Positions 1 through 64,000 of a DNA stretch of 64,000 bases are shown piece by piece. Made by a program: the position numbers and the translations under genes. The stretch is taken from contig OX597828.1 in NCBI GenBank assembly GCA_951406725.2, positions 19,158,001 to 19,222,000 of the forward strand, written 5' to 3'. Position 1 is the first letter of the stretch; each line of letters begins with the position of its first letter. The DNA is from Octopus vulgaris (Eukaryota). The notes beneath the pieces were generated by a model that saw only the letters and a list, made by a program, of their open reading frames with translations, was not told the DNA's origin and ran no database searches.

Positions 1-1194
1 GTTACCAGAGCAGCTGACTGGCCTCTGTGCCGGTGGCACGTAAAAAGCACCATTTGAGCGTGAACTTTACCAGCGTCGCCTTACTGGCACATGAAAAAAC
101 ATTCGAGCAAGTGCTGTCAGTGTGAGCGTTGCCAGTGCTGCTGGACTGGCTCCTATGCAGGTGGCACATAAAAACACCATTTGAGCATGGCCATTGCCAG
201 TACCGCCTGACTGGCCCTAGTGCCAACGGCACATAAAAGCACCCACTACACACTCGGGTGGTTGGCATTAGGAAGGGTATCCAGCTGTAGAAACTCTGCC
301 AGATCAGATTGGAGCCTGGTGCAGCCATCTGGTTCGCCAGTCCTCAGTCAAATCATCCAACCCATGCTAGCATGGAAAGCAGACGTTAAACGATGATGAT
401 GATAATGATGATTCAGTTGTTAAACATAAATAAATATTGGAATTAAATGGTTTTGATTTACTGTCAGGTGACTTTTGGCCAACCCTGTATGTGTGCACGT
501 GAGTGACAATATAAGGATGTGTTAAAGGTGGCGAGCTGACAGAAACATTAGCACACCAGGCAAAATGCTTAACAGTATTTCGTCTGTTTCTACATTCTGA
601 GTTCAAATTCTGCCAAGGTCGACTTTGCTTTTCATCCTTTCAGGGTCAATAAATTAAGAACCAGTTGTGTACTGGGGGTCAATCTAATTGACTGGCCCCC
701 TCCCCAAAAATTTTGGGCCTTGTGCCTAGAGTAGAAAAGAAAAGTATAAGAATGTGTAGGTTATATGAGTAACATATGAATGTTTGTTTGTGTGAGACCA
801 AGGGGTCTAGTAGCTTGGGTATTGCCCTAATGTTCGCAAGATCTTGGGTTCAGTTCCTGGGGCATTCCTTCTTTTGCCAAAACACTTTATCTTGTGTTGC
901 TCTGAAATCACTTTATCAATCAACATGTGGTACACCATGTACCTGTACAGGTATTGCTGATTTCATGGAGCAGGTGAGGTTATATGCTGCACAAACTATA
1001 AGCAACTCATTCTTGCAGAGTGTTCAGCAAGAAGTCGCAAAACTGCCTTTCTCAGGCCTGAAAAACTATGAAGACATAAGAAGCAGATGGAATGGTCTCA
1101 GTAGGAATGTCTTTCATCACTAATCTTCTCAATTACATAGCTGGCTTAGGACCAAACAACAACAACAACAATAGCAACTGCTATAATTCTTTCA

Positions 1195-1922
1195 CATGGG
1201 TCAGTTAATGAATTTGTATAGTTTTTAATCATGTCTCTAACAAACTTTTTTGTTAATTCATCACCTATAGTCTTTAGGATAATATAATTAAATAGTTTGT
1301 CTTAATTAAAGTATAATGCATACAGCGTTCCAATACTACTGATATCAATTATGCTTCATCTTAGGGGAAAAGGCATAGTCATTACATCATCCCCCAGTAT
1401 ATGACTGGTACTTTATTTTATGGTCCCTGACAGGACGAAAGATGAGGTTGACCCTAGCAGGATTTGAACTCAGAACATAAGCCACTTGGACAAATAATGC
1501 AAAGCACTTTTCTGATGCTCTAACAAAGCTGCAAACTCACCACCTTAAGGGAAACTACAATAAAAAGAACTTACAAGCAACAAAGAAGACATCCACATGG
1601 TTGCTTTGGGTGCTAGAAATACCAGCTAAATCAACCTCAAATCTCTTGCTTTATCTTAAACCAGAGAGATAGATTAGATATACTATTTGAAACAGCTGGA
1701 GTGGCCTTAGCTGGAATGTATTTTTTCTCAAACTTAAGAGACTACCGTTAGTTAATCTATCTTTATGTGGATGAAACATAATAGGAACTCTGTATGCATT
1801 ATACTTTATTAAGACAGACTATTTAATTATATTATCCTAAAGACTATAGGTGATGAATTAACAAAAAATTACATCGTTAGAGATATGATTAAAAACTATA
1901 CAAATACATTAACTGACCCATG
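1195..1922. repeat. Inverted duplication, arms about 140 bp (1195-1334 and 1781-1922)
   Basis: catgggtcagttaatg...cacctatagtctttaggataatataattaaatag...gcatacagcgttcc is the near reverse complement of 1781-1922. Confidence 0.9.
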
Positions 1923-2377
1923 GTCTCTGAAACTCAGTGTCCAGTAATTGTTGTTCTCCATGCTGGGACCATCTCCAGCGAAACCAGTGACTGTTCTGAC
2001 TATCCTCAATCAGCGTAACTAAAAAAAAAAGATAAAAACAGAAAAAAACACAAAGAGAAAACGAAAAATACAACATGGAAAAGATGAATCAATACATTTA
2101 CCATTTGTTGATGGAGAACCGGAAAATGACTGGCATTGACATTTTGAATGATATTTGACAGAAATACCATATGCAGATTGGCATCACGATCACTGAAAGT
2201 CAACTAAAATAGTTTGCACTTATAGAATATGATGTGTATAAAACAAAAATGTATGTTTCTATAGAAATAAATTTTTAAAAAAACCTCGACATGCCTGCTC
2301 TCAGTTTGATCAGAATTGCAGGAATTGGAGGTCGTCAGGTTATGTTCCTTTGCTCTTTTACTCGTCTCGCTCTTTGA
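1785..2377 (-). pseudogene. Candidate antisense short-intron gene fragment, pseudogene or lncRNA nested in a plexin intron (exons ~2377-2285, 2203-2102, 2018-1918, 1843-~1785)
   Basis: Three 74-83 nt AT-rich GT-AG segments separate more GC-rich blocks. Donors GTAAAT (2101) and GTCAGT (1917); long pyrimidine tract before AG at 2020-2019; CTAAC branch motif in the last intron; AATAAA at 1810-1805. The spliced frame is open for about 100 codons except one TGA. The first donor (GTTTTT) is weak. Confidence 0.5.
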
Positions 2378-2987
2378 TCAGGGGCATCACATTGAAGGGT
2401 TTTATTCAGTGGCCCCCAACCAGGGTCCGTGCGGCACTTAGGGATCTATATAAGATTCGGGGGTTAAAATTTTTCTGCAATAAATTAGTTATGCTTCTGC
2501 GATATAAATTTTAACAGCTTCCCAACCACATAGTTCTGGGTTCAGTCCCACTGTGTGGCACCTTGGGTGTTAATTCGTCAACTAAAGGCAGTGCTCCAGC
2601 ACGGCCACAGCCAAGTGACTGAAACAAGTAAAAGGGTATATAAATGAAAAATGCATTGTAAATAGACAATAACAGATTAAAAAAACGTATATGTAGAAGA
2701 AACAGGGGATCCCTAATTCTTCATCAGTTGTCATCCTGAATGGTAATTCTCAGTTTCACACCTTTATATATATTATAGAGAGAGAGAGAGAGTGGAGGAG
2801 CAAGAGAGAGGTAGGGGACAGGCTCTGACCCATGCGAGCATGGAAAAGTAGACTTTAATTGATGATCAATAAATTACATTTTGATTCGTTCAAGCATAAA
2901 GTTTTCGACCAGTTTGGCTGTGTTGTTAAGAAGTTTACTTCACAATCAAATACTTTCAGGTTCAATCCCACTGCATGTGCAGCATAT

Positions 2988-3021
<34 letters not shown>

Positions 3022-3349
3022 TTGTGTGTGCTTGTGTCACTTTGTTTTGACATTGCATGATGGTTACAAAAGGATTGCCCGCTGCCATACGAGCTGTGAT
3101 ATTCAGTTCCAATATCCAACAAGAGCATTTCTGGTCATGAGCAAAAATAATACCGTGCTTGGAAGCAGGTGAGGGTTAGCAACAGGAAGGGCGTCCAGCC
3201 GTAGAAAATCTATCTGCCTCAATAAACTCCATCCGACCCATGCAAGCATGGAAAAGCGAACCATGAAAGTGATGACGATGATGATGATGATGATGATGCT
3301 GATGATGATGATGATGATGATGATGATGTAATTGTTTTTACTCTTTCAG

Positions 3350-63775
<60,426 letters not shown>

Positions 63776-64000
63776 GTAAGAGCAGTAACTTATTAATACT
63801 TTAATCTAGACAAACTCATTTTGATTTCATACGTCCTGATGGTTAATTCTTCTCTCCACATCGAAAAGAAGATACTTCAGTCAAGGGTCAGCACCACTAT
63901 TCAATTACTCGATCTGGTGAAGTTAGCAGCTAAATATCCCTTAAGTAAAATCCTACCCTCTTTTAGGCCAAAAAAAAAGGTTGCAAAATATACTGTAATC

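Noticed and set aside
2010-2012. Selenocysteine reading of the in-frame TGA in the antisense candidate
   Set aside because: No SECIS-like element visible in the very short putative 3' UTR and no selenoprotein motif.

Overview
AT-rich, repeat-saturated animal genomic DNA; the SINE, microsatellite and LINE landscape suggests an octopus/cephalopod genome (inference). The window lies inside one + strand gene, an invertebrate Plexin-B. I traced 15 consecutive GT-AG coding exons (3350-63775, 2206 nt, about 735 codons, all phases compatible). They encode the last IPT domains, the TM helix, the juxtamembrane coiled coil, and the split Ras/Rap-GAP domain with its inserted Rho-binding domain; both gene ends lie outside the window. 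Introns (680 bp to 12.2 kb) hold several SINE families, CR1 and RTE LINE 3' ends, Penelope-like remnants, a decayed Tc1/mariner DDD transposon, a decayed hAT transposon, Helitron-like elements and long microsatellites. Most notable: (1) an intact sense-strand type I hammerhead ribozyme motif about 115 nt upstream of a plexin 3' splice site, plus three degenerate ones; (2) a candidate antisense short-intron gene or pseudogene nested at about 1.8-2.4 kb, whose last intron and terminal exon are inverted-duplicated into plexin sense orientation; (3) several long intronic foldback hairpins; (4) interstitial TTAGGG insertions. Nearly all ORF-track entries are microsatellite or SINE artefacts.
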